In this document: positions 1-13,684 of the stretch, piece after piece
Layout of the letters: each line of letters begins with the position of its first letter
Numbering within the stretch: the first letter of the stretch is position 1
Source: Octopus sinensis
Lineage: Eukaryota
Direction of reading: 5' to 3'
DNA length: 64,000 bases
Assembly (NCBI RefSeq): GCF_006345805.1
Contig: NC_042999.1
Span: 156,364,001 to 156,428,000 of the forward strand
The notes under the pieces: model-generated
Databases searched by the model: none
Told to the model about the DNA's origin: nothing
Seen by the model: the letters and a program-made list of their open reading frames with translations, nothing else
Translations under genes and position numbers: made by a program

Positions 1-290
1 ACAGGCTGGTCACGTCTTCAGAATGTCTGCTAAGTTTGTGTCAAAACTTCTTTTGGGTGACCAAAAAATACATTTGAGTTTCAGTTGAACAGAATCTCCT
101 TGATTGTGTCGAGAACGATGAAAACTCTTTGAAAACTTTGCATAGGCCTCTGAGCAGGTATCGCCAAGCTTTTGGCAACATTTAATGCAGATTCTCTGCT
201 CAACTTTCTCTGTCATGGTCAGTGCGACGACCACATGCTACACACCTTCCTTCCAAGGACTGCTGTAAACAGTGGAAGTGAACTAGAATG
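1..290. mobile_element. Rearranged mariner fragments in opposite orientations
   Basis: Plus strand MSAKFVSKLLLGDQK (WVPK-motif region); minus strand MTEKVEQRICIK.CQKLG (N-terminus). Confidence 0.55.
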
Positions 291-405
291 TTAAAACTTA
301 GTGTGCATGCACAGCAGAGTTCAAGGTCAATCTGTGCCAAGTAGCTTCACTCTGCATGCTTTAGCATCATTACTATGGCAACAGCCTGGATACTTATTGA
401 TCAGA

Positions 406-482
<77 letters not shown>

Positions 483-1479
483 CATTTAACGTCCGTTCTC
501 CATGCTAGCATAGGTTGGATGATTCGACCAGGATCTGGGAAGCCAGAAGGCTGCACCAGGCTCCAGTCTGATCTGGCAGTGTTTCTACAGCTGGATGCCC
601 TTCCCAATGCCAACCACTCCATGAGTGTAGTGGGTGCTTTTTACGTGCCAGGCGAGGCTGGCAACAGCCACGATTGGATTGGTGCTTTTTACGTGTCACC
701 GCCACGGAAGCCAGTCAAGGTGGCGCTGGCATTGGCCATGTTCGGATGGTGCCTTTTACGAGCTACTGGCACAGGGATCACAACTACAATTTCCATTGAT
801 TTTTGATGTTGGTGTACTTGACTCAATAGGTCTCCTCAAGCACAGGGTCGAAACAGTGTTTCTTTATATAAATTGATGTTTTCTGTGAAATATATTAAAG
901 TTTAAATTATGGTTGGCTAATTTAATTGAAGTTTCCACTTTCAGTGGGGCAGTGAGTTATAAAATGTTATTAAAAATTGTTTTGTTAAATTTAACAAAAC
1001 AAGCATTTGATACATTGTAAAACAAAGTATTGATTTCTGGCCACTGTCGACATTTTGATTGTCTCAGTATTGTTTTGCATTTTTTTTTTTGTTGGTTGGG
1101 ATGGTGGGGTTTCATTATTAGAAATAGTGTTGCTGGTATCAATGACTATTTTGTTTCATTACTTTAACTCCAGCAGTGGTGAGCTGGCAGAAATGTTAGC
1201 ACGCTGGACAGAGTGCTTAGCAGTATTTGACCTTTCATTACATTCTGAGTTCAAATTCTTCTGCTGAAGTTGACTTTGCCTTTTGTCCTTTCGGGGGTCA
1301 ATAAATTAAGTACCAGTTTTGTAATGGGGTTGATCAAATACACTGGCCTCCTCCCTTAAAATTTCAAGCCTTTTGCCTATAGTAGAAAGGATTATTTTAA
1401 CTCTATCTTTATCTTATTTTTTTCATTTGCAATATTATTGCTGTGATGTCACTGAGGAACTGGTTCCCAGCCAAGTGTT

Positions 1480-2080
1480 TTTGGATGTTGGGGGACAGGT
1501 GTGGCTAAATCAGGAGAATAGGGAAGCTAATCAACCAGTTCAAAGCCACAGTCATACACAGCGGTCATTGAAACTGTAACTTGTGTGCTGGAGCATTGTG
1601 TTGATGAAACTAGGCACCTTTCATCAGTTTTCCTGGGCATTTGGTCTTGATAGTCTTTTGTAACTTCCTCAGTACATTCCATTGATGGTGTGACCCTTTT
1701 CAAGATAGTCAATAAACACAATGCCTTTTGCATTCCAAAATACTGAGGCCATCACCTTAGCCTTCTTTGGAGCAGGTGAGGATTAGTGTTTCCACTGCAT
1801 GCATTGTCTTTTTGTCTCTGGTGCAACCTGATGAAGCCAACACTGATCCTGGTTTAGGAAACCAGCTGGAAATCCCTCGAGCAATGTCAGATTTTCCCAT
1901 GATGTAATCGGCATGGTGCACTTTTGATCAGGTGTCAGAAGATATGGCAACCACCAAGCAAATACCTTCGTCATGTCAAGTTCATTGTGCAGAATATTCT
2001 GAACTCTCTCACAAGATATGCTAATAGCATTAGCTATTTCATTTATAGTCATCTGCCCATCAGTGTTTTCCTCACTGGTG
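1480..2080 (-). mobile_element. Old mariner transposase relic
   Basis: TINEIANAISISCERVQNILHNEL.M.KV..WW.P.LLTPDQK..PETKRQCMQWKH, plus downstream DCGFELV. Confidence 0.7.
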
Positions 2081-3684
2081 GCAATTACAAGATGACCAGA
2101 CCTTGGGTCAGCCTCAAGACTCTTCCTTTCCCTCCTAAATTCAGTTGCTCACTTTTGCTCTGTCAATAAAGCTGGAGCGTCATCCCCTTTGTAGCAGCCA
2201 TGTCAGCATGTGAAATTTGATTTAGTATTTCTAAATTTTTCCCTGTAAGTTTGTAATAATATTCCCTCATATTATTATTATTATTATTATTATTATCAGG
2301 CGGCGAGCTGGAAGAAACGTTATCGCGCTGGGCGAAATGCTTAGTGGTATGTCGTCTGCCGTTACATTCTGAGTTCAAATTCCGCCGAGGTCGACTTTGC
2401 CTTTCATCCTTTCGGGGTCGATAAATTAAGTACCAGTTTCGCACTGGGGTCAAGCATGGCTGGAACACCTTTGATCATAGTTTTTCTCAACTGAGTTTGA
2501 CCTTGGGCTAAACAACAATCGCTAACCTTATTCAGTTGAACCTTTTATCTTGTATCTTTTATTTATTTCAATCATTGGACAATGGCCATACTGGAGTATA
2601 ATCATGAAGGATCTTAGTGGAATATATTGACCCTCGTACTTATGCATGTTTTTTTTTTTCAAGTCTAGTACTTATTCTATCGGTATCTTTTGCCAAACTG
2701 CTAAGTTATACAGGCATACACAAACCAAACACTGGCACGACAAACAGAATCTCACACACACACAATGGGGATTCCGCACAATGTTTATCTACCAAATTCA
2801 TTCACAAAGCATTGGTCAGCCTGGAGCTACAGTAGAAGACATTCGGCCAAAGTGCTACACAGTGGGACTGAACTTGAAACCATGTGGTAGCAAAGCAGGC
2901 TTCTTAACCACACAGCCATACTTGTATCAATGTAATTTTGCAATCTGGTAGTGTGTGGGGGGTGGGGTGGAAAACAAATCGCACAGTTATAAAGGCGAAA
3001 GAGGATAAGGAAAGAGAATAATATGTAAGAACAAACTAAAGCATTCGCCTTACTGATTTCAGTGTGGGAGATTGAGGTGATAAAGAGAATTGATAGGGGT
3101 GACAGCTGGTGAGAGGAAAAAAAAAGTGTGTGAGGCAACAGATTACATGGCTATGCACCAAACATATATGTACACAAATACACATCTATATACTTTTGTT
3201 AACAGTACACATCCACATCCAATGGGCAGTGTACACACACAATTATAAACATCTGTCAACAGATTACAATCCACATACACAAAAACAGAGCTAATATAGC
3301 TATCAATAGACTACATCCTAGACACAAGCATGAAATCAAATATATATGTGTGTGTTTGCTTGTGTGTCAACAAATACCAACATCACACACACACACAATT
3401 ACACATATACACACCGACAAACATCTGTCAATCAATTACACACAACACTTACTAAAATACATTTACACACAAAACTATAAGCATATAGGCACAGGCATGG
3501 CTGTGTGGTAAGTAGCTTGCTTACCAGCCATATGGTTCCAGGTTCAGTCCTACTGCATGGCACCTTGGGCAAGTGTCTTCTACTATAGCCTCGGGCCAAT
3601 CAAAGCCTTGTGAGTGGATTTGGTAGACAGAAACCAAAAGAAGCCTGTTGTGTATGTGTGTGTGTGTGTGTGTGTGTATATAAT

Positions 3685-3715
<31 letters not shown>

Positions 3716-4089
3716 TATTTCTTTATTGCCCACAAGGAGCTAAACATAGAGGGGACAAACAAGGACAGACAAAGGGATTAAATATATATGTTTAAAATAA
3801 TAAGGGTGACCCCAAGTGTAATTGGTAGAACTGTATACATGTTCAATCTCATGTGGATGTTTCGTGTATAGTTCTGCAAATTATATTTGCAAAGATGATC
3901 ACACTGATTACGTAAGTGATAACAACAAAACTGGGTTTGTGATTAATCTATATTTTGTATCTATTCATTTGTCTTGCTCGTTTACGTTCTGGCGTTTGCT
4001 AAATTTTCTTGAGAACATTCCTTTCTTAGTTGTAAGATCATAGCGGATCTTCTTCTAGCATAATGGTTGTCCACTTATATGTATGCATG

Positions 4090-4147
<58 letters not shown>

Positions 4148-4960
4148 ACAGGGGAGTATGTCCAACCCATACCGGCATGGAAAACAGATGTTAAATGATG
4201 ATGATGAATGATATAGTTGGGGAATCCAGTCCAGAATATCTGTTTTTTAATCATTGTATAATGCTGAAGTCTTTGGTAATGCCCCAATAGACAAATGATG
4301 GTCAAATGAATAAAGGTATTGAACTATTGGACTACTAGCTCATAGTTGTAAGTTCAAATCTATTTGTTGTTTCAAAGTAGAGCATTTTATTCAGCATTAT
4401 GTCAGTTTACATCAGGAGTTAATTTGGTACCAGATCATCTACTATAATAGTACCCATGTTTTTCTCTGTCACAGCACAGGAATGAGAAAGGAAGGGGTGA
4501 TGGCAAACCAGTAGTGGGAGCATTTCAACTCCGCATGAGTATATGTGTATGTAAAAAGGGAGGTATGTGAATGTTTGTGTGTGTGTGTGTGTGTGTGTGC
4601 ATGCAATAGAAGTGATATGGTGAACATTCAATGCTGAAAAGAAAAATCAAACAGCGTTTCAACTCTGTGAGTATAAATGTGTATGTGTGTACAAAGGAAG
4701 TATGTGAATGTTTGTGTGAACCAGCGTTCTTTCAGCAACAAACGACAACCACTAGATAACACTGACAAGTCTATTTGATTTACATATTTATATATGAAAT
4801 ACTACAATTAGCTGTCATTTTTGACGGCATGGGGCCAGTTAGGTCAAGGAATATTACCCGAGACTGCTTCTTTAGTATTTAAACCAGCCATATCCAGCCC
4901 AAATGTTTTATCTGTTTTATGTTCAAACCATCCAGATCTGGCCTTTCATGCCTACCTTAC

Positions 4961-5419
4961 GGGCCATATGGCATAGTGGTTAAGAGCGCGGGCAACTAAC
5001 CCTAAGATTCCGAGCTTAATTCCAGGCAGTGACCTTAATAATAATAATAATAATATCTTGGGGTTAGTAGCCTGCGCTCTTAACCACTAAGCCATATGCC
5101 CGTGGACCAACGGTCATATGGCTTAGTGGTTAAGAGCGCGGGCTACTAACCCTAAGATCCCGAGTTCGATTCCAGACATTGACCTAAATAATAATGATGA
5201 TAACAACAACAAGAACAACAACATCGAAAAATACCTTAGGAATGAGGAATGAGAACCCAGGTTCGAAATTTCCCCAAGACACCTGATGAAGGCTGGAGGG
5301 TATATCAGCCGAAACGTTGTGTTAACAACAAACAAGATGAGGACAAATATCCTTCAAATTTAAATAATGTAAATAGTGTAAATAATGTACATAGTTCCTC
5401 ATCTCTTAAATACAGATTG
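4961..5419 (+). mobile_element. tRNA-headed element with hammerhead-containing tail, inserted in a MITE with 8-bp TSD
   Basis: TACCTTAC at 4953-4960 and 5420-5427. tRNA-like heads (A box TGGCTTAGTGG, B box GAGTTCGATTCC) at about 4961(+), 5056-5100(-) and 5112(+). HHR at 5278-5323. Confidence 0.75.
5278..5323 (+). ncRNA. Minimal type I hammerhead ribozyme (PLE type, extra A after A9)
   Basis: GACAC-CUGAUGA-A-GGCUG(GAGGGUAUAU)CAGCC-GAAAC-GUU^GUGUU; loop-less palindromic helix III (AACGUU). Confidence 0.7.
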
Positions 5420-6049
5420 TACCTTACAATGTAATTCAAAAAATAAACAATCACATCACTGAAATCTTGAAGCTACAACATAATGTGTGGGTAATTGAAA
5501 GCAATGTGGTAAAATAAGCATTGCATTTGATGTTGCCTGGGGAAATTTATCTCTCATCTGCTTCATGATGTAAATCTTGATGCCCATGTAGGAGACTCTT
5601 TACTCTTACTCTTTTACTTGTTTCAGTCATATGACTGTGGCCATGCTGGAGCACTGCCTCTAGTCGAGCAAATCGACCCCCAGGACTTATTCTTTGTAAG
5701 CCTTGTACTTATTCTATCATTCTCTTTTGCCAAACTGCTCAGTTACACACCAGCATCGGTTGTCAAGTGTTGTTGGGGGGTCAAACACAGACACACAAGC
5801 ATATACACACACGGACCTTGAAGACTGCTATAATGTAAGAAAGTATACTAGTCCCTTAATATTTTATATTCAGTATTTCATCTATTCAATAAGACAATCA
5901 ATACTTCATTTCATTTTACTATATATATATTATTTATACTATATATTCTATATTAATATTATAAAGAATATAAATAAAACATAAAAAACAGACAGAGCTG
6001 GAATTTCTTTGAATAATATATATCCCTCTATACACAATCATACAAACCC

Positions 6050-6122
<73 letters not shown>

Positions 6123-7044
6123 TATATACAATGGGCTTCTTTCAGTTTCCGTCTACCAAATCCACTCACAAGGCTTTGGTTGGCCCGAGGCTATAGTAGA
6201 AGACACTTGCCCAAGGTGCCACACAGTGGGACTGAACCTGGAACCATGTGATTGGTAAGCAAGCTACTTACCTCACAGCCACTCCTACACCTATGTAAAC
6301 GACTGTTTACATTTTTATTTTACATTTCTGTGACATAACATCATAACTCCATCATACAACTGAAATTTTTTCCTTAATGTCAACAATCTCTTTTATCTTC
6401 ATATTTTTCATTCATATGAGGAAACCCATTTTTTAATATGGAATGTGATGACATTGTAAATAGCAGGAATGCGTATAAGAGTTATTCTGACTTTAGACTG
6501 ATGTCAGCTAATATATAGGTTTACAAAACTTTGTCTAGACACAAAGCCCGATTTGTCAAAGTGTGTAAGATGAAACCGATAAGCCCCTTTTTTTAGCATT
6601 CAGATTACTGTGTCAAATACGATGGTTATTTATTTACATTCTAAGGAATTTATCCTGCGTCAACTTGTAGCTTAAAGATTTTGATGAATATGATTATTTC
6701 TTTCTAGGGCGACATTGCAAGGTATGCATGAGAAGCTGGATCTGACCAGTTTGAACATAAAACGGGCAGAATATTTTGGCCAGATATGGTCAGCTTAAAT
6801 GCTGAAGGGTTAAACAGTAGTATTGTTATAACAGCTTGATGTGCTTTCTGTTTCTGACCCCTTATTTGTCTCTCATGTAAGGGGTCTCTTATTTCATATG
6901 GCTTCAAAGGTGCAAAATTGAGTGGATGATCTGTTGATAAATGTGATATCATCATCATTATCATCATCATCGCTCACAACTCTTGTACAAGTGGGCACAA
7001 GTATAAACAAACACAGATATGCACATGTGCATGCATGCATATGT

Positions 7045-7055
7045 CTATGTGTGTG

Positions 7056-7093
<38 letters not shown>

Positions 7094-7265
7094 CACACAC
7101 ATATATATATATATATACATACACACACATATATATATATATATACATACACACACATATATATATATATATATACACATACACACACACATATATATAT
7201 ATATACATACACACACACATATATATATATATATACATACACACACACACACACACACATATATA

Positions 7266-7308
<43 letters not shown>
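7045..7308. repeat. Compound (TA)n/(CA)n minisatellite
   Basis: Repeating (at)n-acat-(ac)n units. Confidence 0.9.
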
Positions 7309-7469
7309 GTGCCGGTGGCACGTAAAAAGCACCCACTACACTCACGGAGTGGTTGGCGTTAGGAAGGGCATCCAGCTGTAGAAACACTGCCAGATCAGAC
7401 TGGAGCCTGGTGCAGCCTCCTGGCTTCCCAGACCCCGGAAAATGGACGTAAAATGATGATGATGATGAT

Positions 7470-7517
<48 letters not shown>

Positions 7518-9317
7518 CATCATTTAATATCTGTTGTCATTGCTGGCATGGGTTGGACGGTTTGACTAGAGCTGGGGAATTGGTTGGTCTGGGGCTATAG
7601 AAGAAAACACTCACTGAAGGTGCCATGCAGTGGGACTGAACATGGAACCATGTAGTTGGGAAGCAAACTTCTTATCACACAGCCACACCTGGTCCCGTCA
7701 ATACGTAAATGTCTAGAGATATTATAGTAAATCTTTATTTAATTGAAAAAACTCCAATCAAAAAATAGAGGCAGTCTACTCAATGAAAATGTATCCGTGA
7801 AAGGATTAAAATTGCTATCTATAAGAGCATCTCTGTTACATATTCTCAAGGTAGACAAAAATTTATGAATCAAGGCAGCAGAGGGTAGATTGGTGAGGGA
7901 AGGTTGGTGGGTTTCTGTTTTTGTTGTTGATAACTTCAAAACAAAAACGAACCAAAACAACACTGAATTATCCACAAATCTCTGATCTATGATGAAATGC
8001 TTTATGTAAAGGTTGCTTGGACATTGTTTTGTGTATCAATGTAAAGAATTCTTGCATTCTATTCTTTCTTTTTTTTTTGACGTAATACTTTTGTTTATAC
8101 ATTTAAATATATTTGAATTTGTGTTTTTATTTAATTTGTTGAATCGACTGGAGCAATGTAGAATTGTTTTGTTCAAGAACACAACTTGCGCTGCTGGTCT
8201 GGGAAGTGAAACCACAATCTTGTGATTACAAGTGCAACATGCCTTAACACTAGTCCACATGCCTTCATACACACACACATATAAATGTATGTGAGTATGT
8301 ATGTCCATACATGCTTGACAATTGTTGGTGGTGGAGGTGTTGGAGAATGGGATGACTAGGGTTGACTTCTTATGATGGATCAAATATACTATTTGTACAC
8401 CATTGATCATCATCATCATCATTGTTTAATGTCTGCTTTCCATGCTAGCATGGGTTGGACAATTTGACTGAGGTCTGGTGAACCAGATGGCTGTGCCAGG
8501 CTCCAATCTGATCTGGCAGAGTTTCTACAGCTGGATGCCCTTCCTAATGCCAACCACTCTGAGAGTGTAGTGGGTGCTTTAACGTGCCACCGGCACGAGG
8601 GCCAGTCTGGCGGTACTGGCCATGGCCATGCTTGAAAATGGTGTTTTTTACGTACCACCTGCACAGGAGTCAGTCCAGTGGCACTGGCCTCGCCTGAATG
8701 TTTTGTTCACATGCCATCGGCACAAGTGCCAGTAGGGCAACGCTGGTAATGATCACTCTCAAATGGTGCTTTTTACGTGCCCACCAGCATGGAAGCCAGA
8801 CAGCTGCTCTGGAATTGATCCCGCTTGAATGGAGCTGTTAGCGCTCCACTGGCACGGGTGCCAGTCATCGAATTTGGTTCAATTTTTTTTTTTTTTTTTT
8901 TTTTTTGTCAAGCAAAATGTGATATCTATGACTGCTTTTGCTTTTTCAACTGTTTTCATTGTGAGTTCTGAATGTTGTGGAGGTGTTGTATATAGCTCCT
9001 GGCATTTTTGTCTTCTGTATATGTGTGTGTTGTGATGGTTGGTTGTATTTGATATTCTCTGATGCTACTGGTAAGAAAGGAGGCAGGATTTTGAATATGT
9101 TTCTCTGTTCAGAGAGTTGTGGGGGAGACATGCGTATGATATGATGTGCATATGAGGCTGTGTGTACATTCGGTAAAGGTGCTGCTGCAAGTTCGTTTAG
9201 GGGTAGTTTAAAAAGGGTAGGTAAGAGGATGGGTCCTTGGTACTACTGTTGAGGAAATTATACAAATTCTGGAAGTGTTGCTTTTGTACTACATAGGTTT
9301 GGCTTTCTTTCTTTTGC

Positions 9318-10128
9318 ACCCTTTTCAAGCCTAGCCAGGCTTATGGGCCCGGTTTCATGGTTTCTATGGCATATGTGTTCTCCCCAGCTGGACGGGATGC
9401 TAGTCCATTGCAGTGTTACTCAAGAAACAGGAAGAAAGAGTGAGAGAAAGTTGGGGCAAAAGAGTACAACAGGGGTCGCCATCACCCCCTGCCGGAGCCT
9501 CTTGGAGCTTTAGCTGTTTTCACTCAATAAACACACACAACGCCTGGTCTGGGAATCGAAACCACAATCCTCCAACTGCGAGTCTGTTGCCCTAACCACT
9601 GGGCCATTGCACCTCCACAAATAAATGCGCCCTTTTAAAGCCTAGCCAGGCTCATGGGCCCGGTTTCCCAGTTTCAATGGCATATGTGTTCCCCAGCTGG
9701 ATGGGATGCCAGTCCATCGCAGCGTTACTCATTTTTGCCAGCTGAGTGGACTGGAGCAACGTGAAATGAAGTGTTTTGCTCAAGAACACAATGTGTTGCC
9801 CAGTCCAGGAATCGAAAGCACAATCTTACAATCATGATGCTGACACCCTAACCACTAAGCCACGCACCTCCACTAAAAGTAAATGCATCCTTTTAAAGCC
9901 TAGCCAGGCTCATGGGCCTGGTTTCTCGGTTTCGATGGCATGTGTGTTCCCCAGCTGGATGGGACGCCAGTCCATCGCACCGTTACTCATTTTTGCCAGC
10001 TAAGTGAACTGGAGCGACGTGAAATGAAGTGTTTTGCTCAAGAACACGTGTTGCCCGATCCAGGAATCGAAACCACAATCTTACGATCATGATGCTGACA
10101 CCCTAACCACTAAGCCACGCATCTCCAC
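9318..10128 (-). mobile_element. Head-to-tail trimer of SINE family D (tRNA head, CORE-like TTCTTGAGCAAAACAC block)
   Basis: Three heads gtggagg.gc.tggc..agtggttaggg ending near 9618, 9885 and 10128; shared tails ..ggcccatgagcctggctaggct. Confidence 0.8.
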
Positions 10129-10639
10129 ACATAGGCTTGGCTACCAGACAGTTAGTTTACTTGTCAGTATTTTCTGTTTCTAATTAATGTATTCAGCATT
10201 AAATGGTATATAGACGGATACAAGGGAATAATTCCATAAGCTCTGCTGATAGCGAAGGTCATTAGAATGATGCTTGTGAGGTTTTTTGCTTGGATTTTAG
10301 AATCATAAAAATATTGCCCTGTTTCCAGTTTCTTCGGTTTCATAAACATTTTAGATGGTAGGATGGTCTTTGAAATAAATTCTTACTGTTTTTTGTTGTA
10401 AATTGGTTGACCTTGAGGCATCTCTGTTACAAGCTTGGTACGTATCTACTATGTAGTTGAACAAATAAGAATTAGTCTTCCTTTATGAGGGAATGTTTGA
10501 CACTAGAAATGTTGCCCAGCTGTCTGACTGGCAGATTGAGTCTCTCATTTTCTCTCACTCTCTCTTGCATACTGTCTTGCTCCTGTCCCTTATAAGGAGC
10601 TATACATTGTAACTTCTTCCCTTAGCAAATAATGACAAT

Positions 10640-11095
10640 ATAGGCCCAGGAGTGGCTGTAATAGGCGTAGGAGTGGCTGTGTGGTTAAGTAGCTTGTTTA
10701 CCAACCACATGGTTCTGGGTTCAGTCCCACTGCGTGGCACCTTGGGCAAGTGTCTTCTACTATAGCCTCGGGCCGACCAAAGCCTTGTGAGTGGATTTGG
10801 TAGACGGAAACTGAAAGAAGCCCGTCGTATATATGTATATATATATATATGTTTGTGTGTGTGTGTGTTTGTGTGTCTGTATTTGTCCCCCTAGCATTGC
10901 TTGACAACCGATGCTGGTGTGTTTATGTCCCTGTCACTTAGCGGTTCGGCAAAAAGAGACCGATAGAATAAGTACTGGGCTTACAAAAAGAATAAGTCCT
11001 GGAGTCGAGTTGCTCGACTAAAGGCGGTGCTCCAGCATGGCCGCAGTCAAATGACTGAAACAAATAAAAGAGTAAAAGAGCAAAGAGTAAAAGAT
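10640..11095 (+). mobile_element. SINE family A (tRNA head, CORE-like CCTTGGGCAAGTG block, internal TA/TG repeat, AAAAGAGT tail), full copy
   Basis: A box TGGCTGTGTGG, B box GGTTCAGTCCC. About 20 full or partial copies, e.g. 2560-2925(-), 3488-3680, 12328-12695, 13420-14085, 20515-20845, 21543-21895, 24195-24475(-), 56450-56880. Confidence 0.85.
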
Positions 11096-13653
11096 GCATC
11101 TCTGTGTCTGACTGGCAGATTGAGTCTCTCATTTTCTCTCACTATCTCTCTCGCATACTGTTTCACTCCTGTCCCTTATAAGGAGCTATACATTGTAACT
11201 TCTGCTCTTAGCAAATAATGACAATATGGCCACTAGAGAGGGTTTTGAAAAATGAAACTAACGGACTAACAAAACAAGACAAAGCAATGTATTTTAAATC
11301 TGATCCCAAGCAGCTCTTAGCTTAAGTATGAATGCCAGATAACCTTCTTCCTGGCAATATCAGTTACCTTTATTTATTTTGTGTGGATGTGTTTGTAATT
11401 AAATAGTTTACTCTGTACCCCCTTCACCTTCATGCTACTACCATCACTTCACCCTCCTACAAAGAAAGAGAGAGACAGAGAGAGAGAGAGGGAGGGAGGC
11501 TGTAGGTATGGAGAGAACAGCAAAATAAGGACAAAATATTAATAATGCTAAGTATTTGTTTCTGTTTGGGTCAGTGATATCTTATCAGTGTTTGCTTTTG
11601 TTAAGGTAATCTCTGCTACAGCTTACTTGTATGATGTCCTTGAGCAAATTCCATTCGCTTGGTGATAACTGGTGAATTTATTGAAAAAATTGTAGCAATA
11701 AACTGGGATTGATGTCTAAAAAAAGATGTGTTATAAATTTTTTTGCGGGCATGCATGAAAGTAGAGGGAGGCAGTACCCATGGCTATTTACAGGGCTTCT
11801 GAGACTGATTGGAGAGAAGGAGTATCATCTGAATGTGAAGCACCATCCAAACATGGCTGATGCCAGTGCCGCCTGACTGGCATCTGTGTCAGTGACACGT
11901 AAAAAAGCACCAAGCGATCATGGCCGTTTGCCAGCCTCCTCTGGCCCCCCGTGTCGGTGGCACGTAAAAAGCACCCACTACACCCACGGAGTGGTTGGCA
12001 TTAGGAAGAGCATCCAGCTGTAGAAACACTGCCAGATCAGACTGGAGCCTGGCGCAGCCTCCTCGCTTCCCAGGCCCCGGTTGAACCGTCCAACTCATTC
12101 TAGCATGGAAAACGGACGTTAAACGATGATGAGATATTTTTGAACTAGTACCCCAGCCTAAATTCTCAAAACAAAGTGTATTCACACTAAAGGCACCCAA
12201 GGACCAAGTGACAGTGTTGATTAACTGTGTAATGGATTAAACCTTTATTCCGACCTTAATATTCCACCTGTTTAGATCAGGCCTCTCACACCTATACTAC
12301 AATGTCATTCTAAAAATAAACAATTCGTAGGCGTAGGATTGGCTGCTTGGTAAGTAGCTTGCCTACCAACCACATGGTTCCGGGTTCATTCCCACTGCGT
12401 GGCACCTTGGGCAAGTGTCTTCTACTATAGCCTCGGGCTGACAAAGCCTTGTGAGTGGATTTGAAAGAAGCCCGTCGTATATATGTATATATATGTGTGT
12501 GTGTGTTTGTTCCCCCATCATCGCTTGACAACTGATGCTGGTGAGTTTGTGTCCCCGTAACTTAGCGGTTTGGCAAATGAGACTGATAGAATAAGTACTA
12601 GGCTTACAAAGAATAAGTCCTGGGGTCGATTTGCTCAATTAAAGGCAGTGCTCCAGCATAGCCACAGTCAAATGACTGAAACAAGTAGAAGAGAGAATCT
12701 CATCATTGAAATCTCATATCAACTAGATAATGTTTAATTAATTTAAAACAATGTGAATAAATAAGGATTATTTCATCTGACAAAGAAATCTGAATGTTTA
12801 AGGGTTAAGTTAGTCATGGGCAACTTGCGGCCAGCCTGCAGTGTTTGCTGCATGGCACAACTAACGAAAAATTACCTTCAGTTTTTTTCTCTCTTTTAGT
12901 TGTGTGACCTGCCTGATAATGAACTCTATCTCATGCACACGTGGCTTCCTTTTTAACCCTTTAGCATTAACAAACAAGATGAGGACAAATATCCGTCGAA
13001 TGTAAATAATGTACATAATTCCTCATCTCTTAAATATAGAACTGAAATAAACACTACAAAGTATTTTGTGTATGTGTTGTGTGTGTATAAGTGGTTGTTT
13101 TTTTTCCCCCATACTTGTGTAGGTGGGATATTTTTTTTAGTATGTTTTGTTTGGGCAGTTATGTTTTGTTTTCTTCTTTACACAATTGTTAGGCACTTGA
13201 CCATTAATTAGGTAGTGGAATAATTATTTTGTTCAAACTAATCTGAAGTAGACCAACATGCTAACTTTGTGCTCAGCTTAGTCTTTGTGGTAACTCTGAC
13301 TAAAGGGCAGGTAGTTCACAGCAACCAGGTTCAGTGGTGTTAGTGCAGTTCAGTCTGTTGTTTTGGTTCCGCTTCCATACCTACCCACGTCATCATCATC
13401 ATTAACTTTTCCTCAATTGGTGCAGGTGTGGCTGTAGGTTAGAAATTTGTTTCCAAACAATATGGTTCTGGGTTCAGTCCCACTGTGTGGAACTTTGGGC
13501 AAGTGTCTTCTACGGTGTCTCTGGGCTGACTGAAGTTTTGTGAGTGGATTTGGTAGACAAAAGCTGAAACTAGCCTATCGTGCACATTATCTGTCTGTCT
13601 GTCTGTCTGCCTGCCTGCCTTGTTCTCTATCTATCTATCTATTGATCGATCTA

Positions 13654-13684
<31 letters not shown>

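Noticed and set aside
1373-1579. LQYYCCDV resembles LYSMD3 LQYCCTV and could be the missing upstream exon
   Set aside because: The preceding residues do not match the LysM N-half, the frame begins in a SINE tail, and the donor (gtcact) is poor.
4961-5185. tRNA-like sequences as tRNA genes
   Set aside because: No acceptor-stem 3' strand; they run into (AAT)n and lie within a TSD-bounded insertion, so they are SINE heads. The same holds for the family A, B and D heads.
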